Shown piece after piece: positions 46,625 to 49,196 of a stretch of DNA of 49,196 nucleotides (the first letter of the stretch is position 1; each line of letters starts with the position of its first letter). Origin of the DNA: Mariprofundaceae bacterium (GTDB lineage Bacteria > Pseudomonadota > Zetaproteobacteria > Mariprofundales > Mariprofundaceae). A program made the position numbers and the translations under genes. The notes beneath the pieces are model-generated. The model saw nothing but the letters and a program-made list of their open reading frames with translations, searched no databases and was not told where the DNA came from. The stretch spans positions 1-49,196 of the forward strand of contig DQSL01000126.1 of assembly GCA_015663235.1 (NCBI GenBank). Reading direction: 5' to 3'.

Positions 46625-47053
46625 TTAAGCGCGGCTGTTGATGTTCAAATCAGAGAAGAAGAAGTTGATTTCAATGGCTGCATTTTCTACAGAATCAGAG
46701 CCGTGAACAGCATTGGCATCAATCGAATCAGCATGATCAGCGCGAATAGTGCCTTCTTCAGCTTCTTTCGGGTTGGTTGCGCCCATCAATTGACGATTTA
46801 AAGCAATGGCATTTTTTCCTTCTAAACACATTGCCAAAACAGGGCCAGAGCTCATGAAAGAACACAAGTCTTTGTAAAATGGACGCTCAGCATGTACCGC
46901 ATAAAAACGACCAGCTTCAGATGGGCTAAGGTGCGTCATATTGGTTGCGATAACAGACAGTCCGTTTTCTTCAAAGCGGCGAATAATGTCACCAATGACA
47001 TTTTTTGCGACTGCATCTGGTTTAATAATTGAAAGTGTACGTTGAACTGCCAT
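46625..47053 (-). CDS. ndk: Nucleoside diphosphate kinase
   Basis: [41 protein letters not shown]. Confidence 0.98.
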   Translation of the reverse strand: MAVQRTLSIIKPDAVAKNVIGDIIRRFEENGLSVIATNMTHLSPSEAGRFYAVHAERPFYKDLCSFMSSGPVLAMCLEGKNAIALNRQLMGATNPKEAEEGTIRADHADSIDANAVHGSDSVENAAIEINFFFSDLNINSRA

Positions 47054-47111
47054 GCGAATTTACCTCGATATTTAAACTAAAATACTACACCACGTCGATG
47101 TAGGGAGCTGC

Positions 47112-47140
47112 ACTATAAGAGCGTGGCAAGCATTCTGCAA
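47112..47140 (-). promoter_or_regulatory. Putative sigma70 promoter of ndk-lysS operon (TTGCAG-N17-TATAGT)
   Basis: -35 at 47140-47135, 17-bp spacer, -10 at 47117-47112. Confidence 0.6.
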
Positions 47141-48913
47141 TTAAGAAAAAATATTAGGGTGTTTTAGTTGTGTTTCAGTGATTGCTTTCGAGAATTTATC
47201 AAGGTTGGTAGGTTTGGTGATAATGGTCATGTTTAACTTATCAGCCTGCTTAAGTTTATCCTTCTCTCCATAACCAGTAACCATCAATAAAGGCAAACTT
47301 GGCTTTGTTTTCCTTAGCCTTTTCGCCAAGTCTATGCCATCCATATCTGGCATTTTAAAGTCTGTGACGAGCATCTGTATGTGTTTTTCATTTTTTTCAT
47401 ATGCAGCAATCGCGGCTTGTCCATTGAGTGCGGTAATCACTGTATGCCCCATGGCTTCCAATAACATTTGTTGCACATGCAATACACTCGGTTGGTCATC
47501 TACCAAAAGAATAGTACATGGTTTTGCACGAAATGGAGAAGCTGAGATAGACTTGCTAGAGGTTTCCCCTAACTGATCTGTTTTACTCTCATTCACATCT
47601 TGGGTTGTGATATTTGGCTGCTCTTGCGTAGGGAAAAGAATGGATACTTGCGTGCCAAGGTTAAGCTGGGAAGTAATCTCAAGCTTACCACCATGATGCG
47701 AAACAATGCGTTTAACCATAGCCAAACCCAGCCCTGTACCACCTGAATCTTTGCGTGTTGTCCAAAAGTTGTCTGTGATAAAGGGCAAATTGTCTTCGGA
47801 AATACCACTGCCATTATCCGATATGGTGATTTTTACTGTTTGGTTATGGTGGATAACATCAATAGTGATGATACCAGCTTCTTTATCTATGGCTTGGCTC
47901 GCATTGTTGACAAGGTTCATCAGAATTTGCTCAAGTTTGACCATGTTTATTTTAATGGGCGGCAAGTCTTTTTCAACGCGGCAACTGAGTTTAACACTTG
48001 TCGGGAGCTGTAAACGCAAAAGGGAAGTGATACTATTTAAGTCAGGGCTAATGTCTCTGTAGGGTATATTTTCGTCAGTTTTCTGCCCACTTGTCAGGCT
48101 GAGCAGTTCGGTGATGGTTGTAGCACCGCGTTCTCCAGCATCAATAATCACATCCAACTGTTTGTTCACTTGCGCATCGGTTATATTAAATTGCAATGCT
48201 TCGGCAGAACCAATAATACTAGTTAAAACATTACGAAAGTCATGCGCAATACCAGCAACAAGTGCATTCATTTGCCCTTCATGCATATGCTCTTGCATGG
48301 ATATATATTGATTATCAGCATTTGAAATGTCCAACAAGAAACAGATACCAATATACTGCCTAAGCCATTTTATTTTTGCTGTTGCACACATCAGTTTAAG
48401 CACTTTCCCGTCGGGTGTTCTGCTTCGGATATGAAAAGTATGATTTTTGCCAATCGTTTCGGATTTTAAAGTATTCAAACAAACAGACATCATTTCTTCT
48501 TCATCTTCAATCATCACCAGCTTGTTGATGGGTTTTCCGATGAGACTTTTTGAGCCTTCAGCCAGCATGTTGTGGCAAGCAAGGTTGGCAAAGCGAATAT
48601 GAATACCATCGCCGCGCTCTTCGTAGGTAAACACGGGTAAAGGGCTGAGGTCTAAAAGTTCCAATGCACCTGTCTGTGTTACCAAAGAGCTCACCTTGGT
48701 TTCCTTTCGCGGCAGATAGGATGAAACAAAAATGAGAAGAAAAGCGAAAGAAAATACTACCAAAAGGCTAGTGTGAACTTGTTCTGTTTGGAAAAAGGCA
48801 AATAACAACGCCAAGGTGAAAATTGCAATGCCAGACATGAGGAAGCGCGATTGATTTTTCACCAACGTTGAATACGGAAAATGCCTAAGTAACCAAACTG
48901 TAACAGGTTTCAT
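47141..48913 (-). CDS. Membrane hybrid sensor histidine kinase (2 TM, PAS-like, HisKA, HATPase, receiver)
   Basis: GIAHDFRNVL, QILMNLVNNA, DNGSGI, GTGLGL, LLVDD...TDFKMPDMDG. Confidence 0.92.
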   Translation of the reverse strand: MKPVTVWLLRHFPYSTLVKNQSRFLMSGIAIFTLALLFAFFQTEQVHTSLLVVFSFAFLLIFVSSYLPRKETKVSSLVTQTGALELLDLSPLPVFTYEERGDGIHIRFANLACHNMLAEGSKSLIGKPINKLVMIEDEEEMMSVCLNTLKSETIGKNHTFHIRSRTPDGKVLKLMCATAKIKWLRQYIGICFLLDISNADNQYISMQEHMHEGQMNALVAGIAHDFRNVLTSIIGSAEALQFNITDAQVNKQLDVIIDAGERGATTITELLSLTSGQKTDENIPYRDISPDLNSITSLLRLQLPTSVKLSCRVEKDLPPIKINMVKLEQILMNLVNNASQAIDKEAGIITIDVIHHNQTVKITISDNGSGISEDNLPFITDNFWTTRKDSGGTGLGLAMVKRIVSHHGGKLEITSQLNLGTQVSILFPTQEQPNITTQDVNESKTDQLGETSSKSISASPFRAKPCTILLVDDQPSVLHVQQMLLEAMGHTVITALNGQAAIAAYEKNEKHIQMLVTDFKMPDMDGIDLAKRLRKTKPSLPLLMVTGYGEKDKLKQADKLNMTIITKPTNLDKFSKAITETQLKHPNIFS

Positions 48914-48916
48914 GCT

Positions 48917-49196
48917 TTAGCCATGTTGCGACAAAAAGCGTTCCGCATCGAGTGCCGCTTTACAACCTTCGCCTGCAGACGTGACGGCTTGACGGTAAAC
49001 AGGGTCTGCAACATCACCAGCGGCAAACACACCCGCAACAGAAGTTGCTGTGCTTTTATCTTTCGTGTTTAAGTAACCTGTGTTATCCATATCGAGCTGG
49101 CCTTTAACAAAGCCTGTGTTTGGTGTATGACCAATGGCAATAAACACACCGTGTACGGTCATCTCTTTGGTCGCATCATCTGTGGTGGAGCGCAAG
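48917..49196 (-). CDS. trxB: Thioredoxin reductase, C-terminal part (5' beyond window)
   Basis: [46 protein letters not shown]. Confidence 0.95.
   Translation of the reverse strand, partial: LRSTTDDATKEMTVHGVFIAIGHTPNTGFVKGQLDMDNTGYLNTKDKSTATSVAGVFAAGDVADPVYRQAVTSAGEGCKAALDAERFLSQHG

Noticed and set aside
1-49196. CRISPR array, rRNA, IS or prophage genes
   Set aside because: No regularly spaced repeats, no long non-coding stretch, no transposase or phage-like ORFs
1-49196. Many antisense and alternate-frame ORFs in the track (e.g. 23478-24068, 12848-13411, 39725-39985)
   Set aside because: Shadows of well-supported genes, with no recognisable motifs or translation signals

Overview
Gene-dense bacterial chromosomal window with no prophage, IS, integron integrase or CRISPR array that I can see. 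Gene content and order look proteobacterial; my tentative, unverified guess is a marine Zetaproteobacterium (Mariprofundus/Ghiorsea-like). Left to right: end of a Na+:solute symporter; dnaE-accA-apbE; a tandem cNMP-binding protein; uvrB; a DUF481-type outer-membrane barrel heading rnfABCDGE, then an unlisted 49-aa membrane peptide and two orphan Dpp/Opp ABC ATPases; a small variable patch (palindromic REP-like elements, ybiB-like gene, nonsense-interrupted GIY-YIG/T5orf172 gene, DOPA dioxygenase, methyltransferase, rsgA, glycosyltransferase); rpoZ-rel/spoT-ridA-antiporter-gluQ; a complete phosphate cluster (porin, pstSCAB, phoU, DUF47, pit, divergent from cNMP-protein-phoB-phoR, with three clear Pho boxes); tRNA-Pro(GGG), MerR, ihfA; ndk-lysS-CBS-permease-lolC/E-TPR/cNMP-lolD; a hybrid histidine kinase; end of trxB. 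Best candidate for an undescribed system: three HTH-less cNMP-fold proteins embedded in core loci (first gene of the Pho-box-controlled phoBR operon; between lolC/E and lolD; downstream of a CRP-like box). Three of their five domains have His, and one has Ala, in place of the conserved cyclic-phosphate-binding Arg. All protein calls are from motif recognition by eye; no searches were run.
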